A stretch of DNA of 64,000 bases from Thermoplasmatota archaeon (GCA_028279595.1 JANQNK010000020.1:1-64000); one strand, 5' to 3'. Counted from the stretch's first letter, positions 29,197-38,084 are shown. Made by a program: numbers and translations. Notes: generated by a model not told the origin, from the letters alone.

Positions 29197-29994
29197 ATGG
29201 ACGGCGGCAGTCCGAGGGCGATGGAGGACCCTCTCCAGAGCCTGTTCAAGCTATCCGACGACCTCTACAAGAACGCAAAATGGAGCTTTCGGAGGATAGA
29301 TGTGACCATCCTCTTCCTGCTGTTCTCCCTCTTCTTCACCGGACTCCTGGTCCGGGCGTGGCTTCCGACGGGGAAGCCAATGTTGATAATGATCGCACTG
29401 GGTCTCCTCGTGGCCAGCCTTATGGCCATGATGATGATGCTGAAGCTCAGGAAGCTCCTCCACGACTACGTGACCCGACACGCGGCCATCAACGCCGTCA
29501 GGGCGGATCCGATCGTGCAGGTACCGGAGGGCGGTACCCCGACGGACAGGTTCCTGTCCCACCTGAGGTCGAAGAACCGCGAGTTCAGGCAGTTCATCGA
29601 AGCCCATCCCGAGACGCTCCGGAAGCCTGGTTCCCTGAGCGGCGCGAAGAGAAGCCACGAATTCGACGCATACGTGTTCAAGAAGGGCTTTCCGGCGGGC
29701 AGGTCATACATGCTCCTGATCCGGGAGCTCGAGGGACTCCCATCATTGAAGGACCTGAAGATGCTGGCCCGGGAGGTCGACGACATCACGGCCAAATGGA
29801 GAACCGCTCCATCCAGGGTAGTCCTCATCGTCACCTCGCCAATCGAGGACATACCCGGGAACGCCTACGAGGTCCTCATCGACGGCGTACCCCTTAGGAA
29901 AGGAACATCCATCTTCCAGGTGGTCATAGAATCGGCCGACGGCACATACGATTTCATACCACTGGTCCCCGAGATGCGGGGATTCATGCCGTGA
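29197..29994 (+). CDS. Hypothetical membrane protein (2 TM) with possible restriction-endonuclease-like C-terminal fold
   Basis: Two hydrophobic helices; LSG...SHEFDAYV...LLIRE segment; TATA box TTTTATATA about 23 nt upstream. Confidence 0.65.
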   Translation: MDGGSPRAMEDPLQSLFKLSDDLYKNAKWSFRRIDVTILFLLFSLFFTGLLVRAWLPTGKPMLIMIALGLLVASLMAMMMMLKLRKLLHDYVTRHAAINAVRADPIVQVPEGGTPTDRFLSHLRSKNREFRQFIEAHPETLRKPGSLSGAKRSHEFDAYVFKKGFPAGRSYMLLIRELEGLPSLKDLKMLAREVDDITAKWRTAPSRVVLIVTSPIEDIPGNAYEVLIDGVPLRKGTSIFQVVIESADGTYDFIPLVPEMRGFMP

Positions 29995-30055
29995 ACGCCG
30001 ATTGTCCAGTCAATTCAGAAAGATTTAAACATCAAGTAACCTTCCGTAGTCCCTG

Positions 30056-31369
30056 ATGGTCGTGTTCGCCGCGGAGGCCGGGAGCGCGGATGACGATCCA
30101 CCGGTCTGCGCTATCTGTAAGAAGCAAGGGCCGGACTATGTACACTCGTGCGGGGCGGAGTTCCACAAATCCTGCCTCGAGGAGTACAAGAAGTTCATCG
30201 GGTCATCCGACGTGATCTGTCCACACTGCCTCGAGAAGGTATCCTACGATGAGAAGAAGAAGGAGGCCGTCGACTTCATCGGCACTACCAAGGGGCCCGA
30301 GGACCTGCTGGCCCAGCAGTACCTCGACCTATCGACGGAATATTACCTCGAGCACATCAACAACGATATGTACTACGTCAGGGCCTTCGTCACGAACATG
30401 GACCCGGAGTCCGGGATATGGCACATGTATCCCATAACCATCAACTACTCCAACTATCCGGAGAGGCCCAGGATGACCATACCGGAGGACGTCCTCACGG
30501 ACGCCCTGGACCTCACCGAGACCATCGATATGTTGAGGGGTTGGAAGCCCGACTCCCCACCGCAGCTGGTCGAGCTCGTCAAGTCCATCGAGCACTCCAT
30601 AACGGACAAGAACAGGCTCTACGAGGAGATCGACCAACTCGTCAACGAGCTGGAGGGAGTGAGCGACAACGCCTCGAAGGTCGGATTCTCGTTCGATACG
30701 TACGGTGGAAGGAAGGTCGAGTTCTCACTCGGACTCGCCAACTACCCGCACGCACCGGACGTGATGGTCGAGGGCGTGCCCCTCGGCAAAGGTTTCGAGA
30801 CCCTGAAGGCCTGGACTGTCCGCGAATCGACCCTCAACGAGGTGGCCGTGGAGATCAAGGCACGTCTCATGCACCATTACAGGCGGGCCTTCGAGATCGA
30901 GCTCCTCGAACGCTACTTCGACGTCGACGACAACGAAAGACTGATCGTCGGCATGCGCGACCCTGGCTCGGGCGCGTTCCTGATATTCAAGGTCGACTTC
31001 CCGCCTGACCATCCCGCGAAGGCGCCAAGGATAGACGTCGACCAGTACGAGAACGTCTCCACCGAGGACCTCGAGAACATATTCGGGTCCTTGGAGAAGG
31101 CCCTGAAGGACTGGAAGAGCGACGTGTATGTCGTCGACGTACTGAGGGCCCTCCAGAACGAACTCTTCGAGCACGGCGGCGAGAAGTGTCCGACCTGCGG
31201 CGATCCTGACTGCCCCGACTGCGGAGCAGACCTCGAGGAGGGCTGCAGGGAGGTCTGCCCGAACTGCGGTCACGCCTTCCACGCCCACTGTCAGGAAGGG
31301 ATGGAGATCTGTCCCTACTGCCTGATCCCGTTCCCCGAGGAGGTCTACGAGGTCGAGGTTACCGACTAG
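30056..31369 (+). CDS. RING - three tandem UBC/RWD-like domains - RING protein (FANCL-like architecture)
   Basis: N-terminal CAIC..HSCGAEFHKSC..CPHC; three (Y/H)PxxxP-type motifs each followed by L..W...L..(L/V)...(I/L); C-terminal CPDC..CPNCGHAFHAHC..CPYC. Confidence 0.8.
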   Translation: MVVFAAEAGSADDDPPVCAICKKQGPDYVHSCGAEFHKSCLEEYKKFIGSSDVICPHCLEKVSYDEKKKEAVDFIGTTKGPEDLLAQQYLDLSTEYYLEHINNDMYYVRAFVTNMDPESGIWHMYPITINYSNYPERPRMTIPEDVLTDALDLTETIDMLRGWKPDSPPQLVELVKSIEHSITDKNRLYEEIDQLVNELEGVSDNASKVGFSFDTYGGRKVEFSLGLANYPHAPDVMVEGVPLGKGFETLKAWTVRESTLNEVAVEIKARLMHHYRRAFEIELLERYFDVDDNERLIVGMRDPGSGAFLIFKVDFPPDHPAKAPRIDVDQYENVSTEDLENIFGSLEKALKDWKSDVYVVDVLRALQNELFEHGGEKCPTCGDPDCPDCGADLEEGCREVCPNCGHAFHAHCQEGMEICPYCLIPFPEEVYEVEVTD

Positions 31370-31420
31370 GCGGAGTATTTTCCAATATCCTTAAATATCC
31401 ACAGTCCACCTTCGTAGCGA

Positions 31421-32809
31421 ATGGTCGAAGTCAAATGTCCTCTCTGCCACTCGCGTTTTGAAACGGACGGCCCCAAAGCGGAATGTCCGGACTGCGGAGA
31501 GGTCTTCTACCCCGGTGGTGAACCTCCGAAGGAGAAGAAGGCTGCCGAGCCCGTCAAGGAGAAGGAGCCGGAACCGGAACCCAAACCCGTATCCAAACCC
31601 CAGCCGGAGCCGAAGCCAGAACCGGAAGAGCGGAAGTCCGCTGTCGAGAAGATGCTCGAAAGGACCCCGCCCGCTCCACCGCCCAGACGGGAGGCCAGTA
31701 GGGAGCCGGAAAGACAGCCGAAACCGGTGGTCGCCGCGAGGGGGAAGCCTCCGTCCAGGCGGCCTGTCAAGAAGCCTGCCCCCGTGAAGGGACCGGCCCC
31801 GGCAAAGAAGAAACCGGACCTGGCCTACATCCCGTTCGAGTTCCGTGTCCCGAAGGGTTTCGTTCCTCCCGAACCGGAGAGACCGGTCAAGAAGGCCGTC
31901 AGACCCCGACCCAAGCGCAGGGTCGCACCTGCCGATACACCCGTCAGGCCCGTTCAGAAGGTCAAGCCCAAGAGGGTCAAGCGTCCACTTCCACCTCCGC
32001 CCGACGATGAGGAGCCAGAACCCAGGGAGGGCGGCATCAAACCGATCCCCCGGCGGACCTCGGACCTTCCAGTATGGAAGACGCGGTCGGGTCTAGCCGG
32101 TATATTCCTTGTCATAGTTTTCATCCTGGCGCTGGCCCAGGCAATGATGATGATCGCAGCGGACGATGGTCCCGCCGAGGGAGGCGGAAGGGCCGACATC
32201 CTCGGCACCGTCGTCGACACCGAGGGCTCGAAGGTCGTTGGGGCGATAGTCACCCTCGACGGGGGCGAGGTCGCCTACACCGACGGGAGCGGCTCGTTCT
32301 ATTACGACAGCGTCAAGACGGGGGACCACACCATAGCCGTCGACGCGGATGGATACGAGACGTCCAGCTGGAGGACGACCGTATCTGGCTCGAACCGGTA
32401 CGTCGTGATCACCGTGGGTCCGGTCGAGCGGAACGTCGACGACACCAGCGACCTCGAGAGGAGGGACAGCAGCATCCCCATGATAGCCCTGATCTTCGTT
32501 CTGTTCGGAGGGATCGCCTTCGTCGGCGGCGTCTTCGCCCTGCGGGGCCTTGGCAGGACGATACCGATGATCGGAGCGGTGGCAGGGATGGTCTCCATCG
32601 GTCTGTTCGCCGGAACGGTCCTCGCCGTCCTCGCTCTCATACTGCTGATATTCTCCGAGAAGGAGTTCGTCGAGATCCACAGGTGCGCGGCGTGCACCGG
32701 GGTCATCGGCGGGGACCATACCTCCTGCAGCCAATGCGGTGCCGAGTACCACCCCGCGTGCGCCCGCGGCGAGGGCGAATGCGTCGTCTGCGGTAATGCC
32801 CTGAGGTGA
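31421..32809 (+). CDS. Membrane protein: Zn ribbon, Pro/Lys-rich region, TM, carboxypeptidase-regulatory-like domain, TMs, C-terminal C4HC3 RING-like finger
   Basis: CPLC..CPDC; G.V.D..G..V.GA.V...TDGSG.F...GDHTI.V.A.GY; CAAC..CSQCGAEYHPAC..CVVC. Confidence 0.8.
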   Translation: MVEVKCPLCHSRFETDGPKAECPDCGEVFYPGGEPPKEKKAAEPVKEKEPEPEPKPVSKPQPEPKPEPEERKSAVEKMLERTPPAPPPRREASREPERQPKPVVAARGKPPSRRPVKKPAPVKGPAPAKKKPDLAYIPFEFRVPKGFVPPEPERPVKKAVRPRPKRRVAPADTPVRPVQKVKPKRVKRPLPPPPDDEEPEPREGGIKPIPRRTSDLPVWKTRSGLAGIFLVIVFILALAQAMMMIAADDGPAEGGGRADILGTVVDTEGSKVVGAIVTLDGGEVAYTDGSGSFYYDSVKTGDHTIAVDADGYETSSWRTTVSGSNRYVVITVGPVERNVDDTSDLERRDSSIPMIALIFVLFGGIAFVGGVFALRGLGRTIPMIGAVAGMVSIGLFAGTVLAVLALILLIFSEKEFVEIHRCAACTGVIGGDHTSCSQCGAEYHPACARGEGECVVCGNALR

Positions 32810-32813
32810 GCAC

Positions 32814-33533
32814 TTGTACGACGCAAGGTACAAGGTGCGGCGGATATCCCTCATCACCCTTTTCATAACGTTGATCGTAAATGCGATTTTCTTCCTCGCT
32901 CCGCTCAGCGAGCCGGCGGACTCGGTCCACCTCGGCGAGGAGGGCGGTGCGAACATCGTCGACCAGAGCGAAAAGTTCGACGACATGAACCCGTTCGCCC
33001 GGTCCGTCTACCTGTTCGGCGACGCCACCTGTCATCAGAAGGCGAGCAGGTCGTTCTTCATCAACGGGAACCAGATGCCCGTCTGCGCCCGGGACGTCGG
33101 GATATACCTCGGACTCACGCTCGGTGTACTGGTATTCATGGTCTTCCCCCGCAGGTTCTCGATGTGGTGGCTTGCGATCGTGATAGCCCCCTTTGCCATA
33201 GACGGGATGGTCCAGCTCGTGACGGCATACGAGAGCAACAACGCCCTCCGGCTGATGACTGGCAGCATGTACGGCGGTATAATCGGAGTCTTCATCCTCA
33301 TGTCCATCAACGAGATCTACGACGTCAGGCTGAAACTGTTCGGACCGGAGAGATGGCTTCGGAGGAAATTGAGGATGCCCGAAAAGCCACCTGTGCTGTA
33401 CCAGTACAGGCCTCGGGAGCCGGAACGTCGCGAGAGGCCGTCCTCCGATGAGAAGCGGCCGCAGGCCGGACGAAGGAGGCGTGACCCTCCCCGCAGGAAG
33501 GGACCGGCCGGTCCCCGGACCGGGAAGGAATGA
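32814..33533 (+). CDS. DUF2085-family membrane protein
   Basis: CHQKASRSF..NGNQMPVCARDVGIYLG, DG..Q....YESNNALR..TG; TTG start after GAGGTGA RBS. Confidence 0.85.
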   Translation: MYDARYKVRRISLITLFITLIVNAIFFLAPLSEPADSVHLGEEGGANIVDQSEKFDDMNPFARSVYLFGDATCHQKASRSFFINGNQMPVCARDVGIYLGLTLGVLVFMVFPRRFSMWWLAIVIAPFAIDGMVQLVTAYESNNALRLMTGSMYGGIIGVFILMSINEIYDVRLKLFGPERWLRRKLRMPEKPPVLYQYRPREPERRERPSSDEKRPQAGRRRRDPPRRKGPAGPRTGKE

Positions 33534-33546
33534 GTTCTGAGAACTG

Positions 33547-33755
33547 GGATGTGTCCCGGCACTAACGGAGGCTTTCATCGGACGGTCTCCCGCTCTCGGC
33601 CACCTGACCCGCGCCGGGACTGTGTGGCGCAGGGGTTGGACCGTCATCATGCACGGGATTGTCCCAGTCAGACGGGGACCCATTTACTACGCCCTGTAGC
33701 CCCGCACTTGCCGCGAGAATCACGGATCATCCCGCTCTCCGAGGCGAGGCGGGCA
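33547..33755 (-). ncRNA. Three-hairpin box H/ACA pseudouridylation guide RNA
   Basis: Three stem-loops each followed by ACA (plus-strand TGT at 33695, 33621, 33550); CUGA/AUGAUGA K-turn in hairpin 2; 14-nt pocket-to-ACA spacing in hairpins 2 and 3; TATTAATA box at 33773-33780. Confidence 0.85.
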
Positions 33756-33830
33756 TCGATTCGGAACGTTCGTATTAATAGGTGTCGATTGCCGACCAGT
33801 ATCCCAAAGTGTTAAATCGTCACCCTGCGA

Positions 33831-36422
33831 TTGCCAAACATGTTGGGACCCCAGCACGTGTTCGTCATGCTCCTGACCGTTATGATGATATCCATCGGAA
33901 CCGCGAGTGTGGAAGCCGATGAGGTGTATGATGAATACGATGTCTCGTTCGATAGTCCCACCTCCGTCACGGTGGAGTGGGAATGCTCCATCCAGCTCCT
34001 TACGGTCGATTCCTCGTTGCGTGACTGGGAGAACATCAAGTCAGAGAACCTCCAGGAGAATGCCTCCAGGATAGTGTTCGACAGCGCCAACCTCACCGCG
34101 TCCCGTTTCTACCTCTTCAGCCAGATATCCAACGGGACCGTGACCTGGGACGAGGATGTCATATCCTGCACCTTCACGATCACCCTTGGCAAGCGGACCT
34201 GGGCACTTGACGAGTACGACGTAGTCTCGATGGACGATGTCGTCGACGCCGCCCTCGAGATGGGCGGGAACGTCAGCATCTGGACCACGATCTGGGTCGA
34301 GGGAGAACACCACGCGAACGTCACCTTCGGCGTTGATTCCCTGGGAGACGATACCGGTGGGTCAGGTGCGTACATCATACCCACAAGGTACGTGAACAGG
34401 ACGGTGAACGCCCTCTCCGGTCCCAGGCAGTGGAACCGGTACTACGGGATCATGGGAAGGGGAGGAGTACAGATCGAGGACCCCTTCATCGACGCGGACA
34501 TCTACATGCCATCGATGAAGCTATACGAGCTCAACGGGACGGTCTCCTACGGCACCATCGACCTGTGGGACTACGGGATCGAACTGCCCGACACCATCAA
34601 CCTGACATCGATGAACGCCGGCGGTGTGCGGATCCTGGTGAACAACGGACTTGCCAATTGGACGGACATAATCGACGACGTCGCGGACGAGCTCGTCTAC
34701 GGCGGCATCGACATCGAGCGGGCCATCCGGGAAACCTTCAATAGCGATGGGTCGATAGCGGTCGATTTCGACCCGGATTCGATAGCGACCGTTCCGTACA
34801 CCAGGGGTCAGCTCGCGGCACAGGGGCCGATAGAACTGGACCTGCACAGTGCCGATGACGCACAGCTCTTCAACGAGGATGATGAGACATTGATGGGATT
34901 CCTCAACTCCGGGGCCAGGACCCGAATGGGGACCAATGCAGACCTCTCCGGATACGACTACAGGTTCATGTTCCGGGCTCCTTACGGGATCATTGCCGAA
35001 CCCGAGCTCGGCGAACAGGTCGGGAACTTCGCCAGGTGGAACGGCTCCGGATTCCTGAACACGTCCATGTGGTTGAGTTCGACCGATGCCCCTGGCGTCA
35101 TCCAGAACGACACGAACGTCATGATCGACATCGACATGAGCGACATATCCCTCCTCGGGATGAAGATGAACTACGAGTTGAACGCCGAGGGCCGCGTCAG
35201 GTGGATGCTCCTCGGACACGACCTCCGGAAGGGCGTCCCGCGGGACATGGAGATCGAGTACGTGAGCGCCGACCTCATCCGGATGATGTACGGGAAGGGC
35301 CTCATCAACGAGGAGGACATCGACAACATAACCCGCGAGATCCGCGAGGGCCTCGAGGAGGATAGCCCGTTCTCAGCGGGCATGGAGATCGAGGTCACGG
35401 GCTATGACGGCGAGTGGGACATCAACGACATGGACGGCCGTCCGGCCGTCGTTTTCACGATATACTCGAAGGGGGAGATGGGTCTCAGGGGCGGCGAGAA
35501 CGTCCTCCTGAACATGATATCGGTGCCCATCGAGTTCGAGCTCGCCTCTGTCGAGGGCTGGAACACGACATACAGTATATTGCTTCCCGAAGGCCTATCC
35601 GTGGCGAGCGTTGAGGTCTCCGACGGGGAGGTCACCAAGTCCACCGAGGGATTCAAGCACAGGGTAACCATCCGGATCCCCAGGGACGTCGAGAGCGTCA
35701 CCGTCAAGCTCAAGCTCAACGTGGGAATGATGTTCCTGATCAGCCAGTTCTGCATGTGCTTCCAGGGACTGCTCCTGATCGTCGTTCTCCTCGTCCTGGT
35801 CAAGGTCTGGAAGTACGTAAAGGAGAGAAGGGCCGAGAAGAAGGACGACGAGCTCATCGCCAAGGGACTGAAGGCGAAGGCAGCCATCGCCACCCTCAAG
35901 GCCGCCAAGGCCGCCGAGGAGCGGGGAGAGGAGCCTCCCGAGAAGGGTCCGCCTTCCGAGGATGATGAGGAGGTCGAGTTCAAGGAGGACGTTCCGGAGG
36001 AGGAACCCGAGGAGGAGGTCCCGCCGGAACCGGTCGAGCGGCGTCGGAGGCGGAGACCTGAGCCACCGGTCGAGGAACCCGAACCTGAGCCTGAGCCCGA
36101 GCCAGAGCCGGAACCCGAACCATCCGATGAACCCGATGAACCGCTTTATGAAGATGAGGAGCCAGAACCTCCCGCGGAGCCGGAACCTACCGCTGAAGCC
36201 GGAGGGCCAGCGGTGATGGGGAGGCCGGGACCTCAGACACCGGACCCCGAGGCGGTCAAGGCTGCCAAGGGAACCCCTCCGCCGGTGGCACCCGCCAAGT
36301 CCGATGTGGAGGAGGATGTCGAGGACGGACCGGAGGAAGAGGAGGCTCCCGAAGACGGATCCGACGACGAGGAACCGGCGGACGAGCCAGATTCCATCGA
36401 GGACACCTCGGAATGGTCCTGA
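33831..36422 (+). CDS. Single-pass membrane protein with large ectodomain and acidic Pro/Glu-rich tail
   Basis: Signal peptide, internally repeated ectodomain, TM near aa 635-660, EPEPEP low-complexity tail; the start may be ATG 33840. Confidence 0.75.
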   Translation: MPNMLGPQHVFVMLLTVMMISIGTASVEADEVYDEYDVSFDSPTSVTVEWECSIQLLTVDSSLRDWENIKSENLQENASRIVFDSANLTASRFYLFSQISNGTVTWDEDVISCTFTITLGKRTWALDEYDVVSMDDVVDAALEMGGNVSIWTTIWVEGEHHANVTFGVDSLGDDTGGSGAYIIPTRYVNRTVNALSGPRQWNRYYGIMGRGGVQIEDPFIDADIYMPSMKLYELNGTVSYGTIDLWDYGIELPDTINLTSMNAGGVRILVNNGLANWTDIIDDVADELVYGGIDIERAIRETFNSDGSIAVDFDPDSIATVPYTRGQLAAQGPIELDLHSADDAQLFNEDDETLMGFLNSGARTRMGTNADLSGYDYRFMFRAPYGIIAEPELGEQVGNFARWNGSGFLNTSMWLSSTDAPGVIQNDTNVMIDIDMSDISLLGMKMNYELNAEGRVRWMLLGHDLRKGVPRDMEIEYVSADLIRMMYGKGLINEEDIDNITREIREGLEEDSPFSAGMEIEVTGYDGEWDINDMDGRPAVVFTIYSKGEMGLRGGENVLLNMISVPIEFELASVEGWNTTYSILLPEGLSVASVEVSDGEVTKSTEGFKHRVTIRIPRDVESVTVKLKLNVGMMFLISQFCMCFQGLLLIVVLLVLVKVWKYVKERRAEKKDDELIAKGLKAKAAIATLKAAKAAEERGEEPPEKGPPSEDDEEVEFKEDVPEEEPEEEVPPEPVERRRRRRPEPPVEEPEPEPEPEPEPEPEPSDEPDEPLYEDEEPEPPAEPEPTAEAGGPAVMGRPGPQTPDPEAVKAAKGTPPPVAPAKSDVEEDVEDGPEEEEAPEDGSDDEEPADEPDSIEDTSEWS
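36076..36140 (+). repeat. Degenerate 6-nt coding tandem repeat (Glu-Pro)
   Basis: gaaccc/gaacct/gagcct/gagccc/gagcca/gagccg units encoding EPEPEPEP. Confidence 0.7.
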
Positions 36423-36520
36423 GGCCGTCCATTCCCATTGTTCGGCCCGAAGGACAAACTATTAATAAAGGTCCCCGATATGACCGTGTCCATCAGTCCA
36501 TTCGAACGGAGGAAGGGTAC

Positions 36521-36706
36521 TTGAAGTACACGCGATTCGAGAATGCCAGGATCATAGGCGCCCGCGCGCTCCAGATCTCGCTCAACGCCCCTATTCTCCT
36601 CGATATCCCCGATAACCTACTCGACCCACTGGCCATTGCCAGGATGGAGTTCGAGGCCGGCCTGATACCGATCACCACGAAGACCCGTACCGCCAAGGAG
36701 GCGTAG
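36521..36706 (+). CDS. rpoK: DNA-directed RNA polymerase subunit Rpo6 (K)
   Basis: YTRFENARIIGARALQIS..AP...DPL.IA..E; TTG start after GGAGG. Confidence 0.95.
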   Translation: MKYTRFENARIIGARALQISLNAPILLDIPDNLLDPLAIARMEFEAGLIPITTKTRTAKEA

Positions 36707-36707
36707 G

Positions 36708-37310
36708 ATGACCGAAGACGACCTGTTGGTTCCAGAGAACGTATATCTCACGTCCGGCACGCATATTGGTACTCAGCAGAAGAGCGCTGACATGCTGCCC
36801 TTCATTTTCAAGGTGCGTGACGACGGCCTGTATGTGCTTGACATCAAGGAGACCGACCAGAGGATACGGATGGCTGCGGACTTCATATCGCAGTACGACC
36901 CGAAGAACGTCCTCGCGGTCGCCGCCCGCCAGTACGGCCAGAAACCGGTGAAGACCTTCGCCGACAACACTGGCATCCGGGCCATCCCGGGTCGTTTCAT
37001 CCCCGGAACCCTCACCAATCCCTCTATCAAGACCTACCAGGAGCCGGAACTGATCGTCCTTTCGGACCCGGCCACCGACACCCAGCCTCTCAACGAGGCG
37101 ATATCCATTGGGATCCCGGTCATCGCACTGTGCGACGCCAACAACGAGACCAAGTACGTCGACATGGTGATCCCGACGAACAACAAGGGGCGAAAGGCAC
37201 TCGCTCTGGTGTTCTACCTGCTGACACGCGAGGTCATGCTCAGTCAGGAGCGGATCTCCAGCCCCAGCGAGTTCGTCATGGATATCGAGGACTTCGAATC
37301 CCAGTTGTGA
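36708..37310 (+). CDS. rps2: 30S ribosomal protein uS2
   Basis: YL.SG.HIGTQQK, R.DGLYVLD, GRFIPGTLTNP, PTNNKGRKALAL. Confidence 0.97.
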   Translation: MTEDDLLVPENVYLTSGTHIGTQQKSADMLPFIFKVRDDGLYVLDIKETDQRIRMAADFISQYDPKNVLAVAARQYGQKPVKTFADNTGIRAIPGRFIPGTLTNPSIKTYQEPELIVLSDPATDTQPLNEAISIGIPVIALCDANNETKYVDMVIPTNNKGRKALALVFYLLTREVMLSQERISSPSEFVMDIEDFESQL

Positions 37311-37319
37311 GATGACCAG

Positions 37320-38084
37320 ATGCAGTTGTCCGTGCTCGCCAGCGGCAGTAACGCCAACGCAACTGTCGTCGTCGAGGATGGGCATGCGCTCGTGATCGAC
37401 TGCGGCCTCTCAGCCAGGGAGTTCTTGAAACGTCTGCACGGGGAGTTCGGAGAGGTCGACATCGATGCCATTCTCCTGACGCATGAACATTCGGACCATC
37501 TTTCCGGAGTGCGCCCGCTGGCCAGGAAGACCGGGACACAGCTCCATTCCGTGGCTGCGACCCTGGAGAAAGCTACGGGGACGGGTAGCCTGGAGGGCGT
37601 GGAGACCCGCGAGGTGGTCCAGATGGAACGCACGGAGATCGGTCCGTTCGTCGTCACCCCGATACCCGTCTCCCACGACGCCGTCGACCCGGTCGGATAC
37701 AGGGTCGAGTCCGGAGGAAAGGTAGTCACGGTGTCTACCGATCTCGGCTACGTCAACGACGAGCTGCGGGAGAGCCTGGTGGACAGCGATGTGGTCGTCC
37801 TGGAAGCCAACCACGACCTGGAGATGCTCCTCAACGGGTCATACCCCATCCATCTGATCGAGAGGATCGTCGGGATGAGGGGCCATCTGTCCAACGAGGA
37901 TTCCGCCGGAGGTATCGCCGAGGCCGGTCCGAGCGTGGCCTTCCTCGCCCACCTGAGCCAGGACAACAACACCCCCCAGAAGGCTGAGGCGACGGTCATC
38001 GAGACCCTCGAGGAAAGGGACGTCCAGACCGAGGTCTTCCTGACCTACCGGGACAGGGCAACGAAGGCCATTGACATACCCTGA
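37320..38084 (+). CDS. MBL-fold metallo-hydrolase (YycJ/WalJ-like)
   Basis: LASGS..N, IDCG, THEHSDH, VSHDA.DPVG, TDLG, LEANHD, GHLSN, AHLS..NN. Confidence 0.9.
   Translation: MQLSVLASGSNANATVVVEDGHALVIDCGLSAREFLKRLHGEFGEVDIDAILLTHEHSDHLSGVRPLARKTGTQLHSVAATLEKATGTGSLEGVETREVVQMERTEIGPFVVTPIPVSHDAVDPVGYRVESGGKVVTVSTDLGYVNDELRESLVDSDVVVLEANHDLEMLLNGSYPIHLIERIVGMRGHLSNEDSAGGIAEAGPSVAFLAHLSQDNNTPQKAEATVIETLEERDVQTEVFLTYRDRATKAIDIP

Noticed and set aside
33549-33815. Short ORFs, or SRP RNA / RNase P / riboswitch, in the DUF2085 downstream gap
   Set aside because: No SRP helix 8, RNase P P4 or riboswitch consensus; the H/ACA architecture explains the region better.
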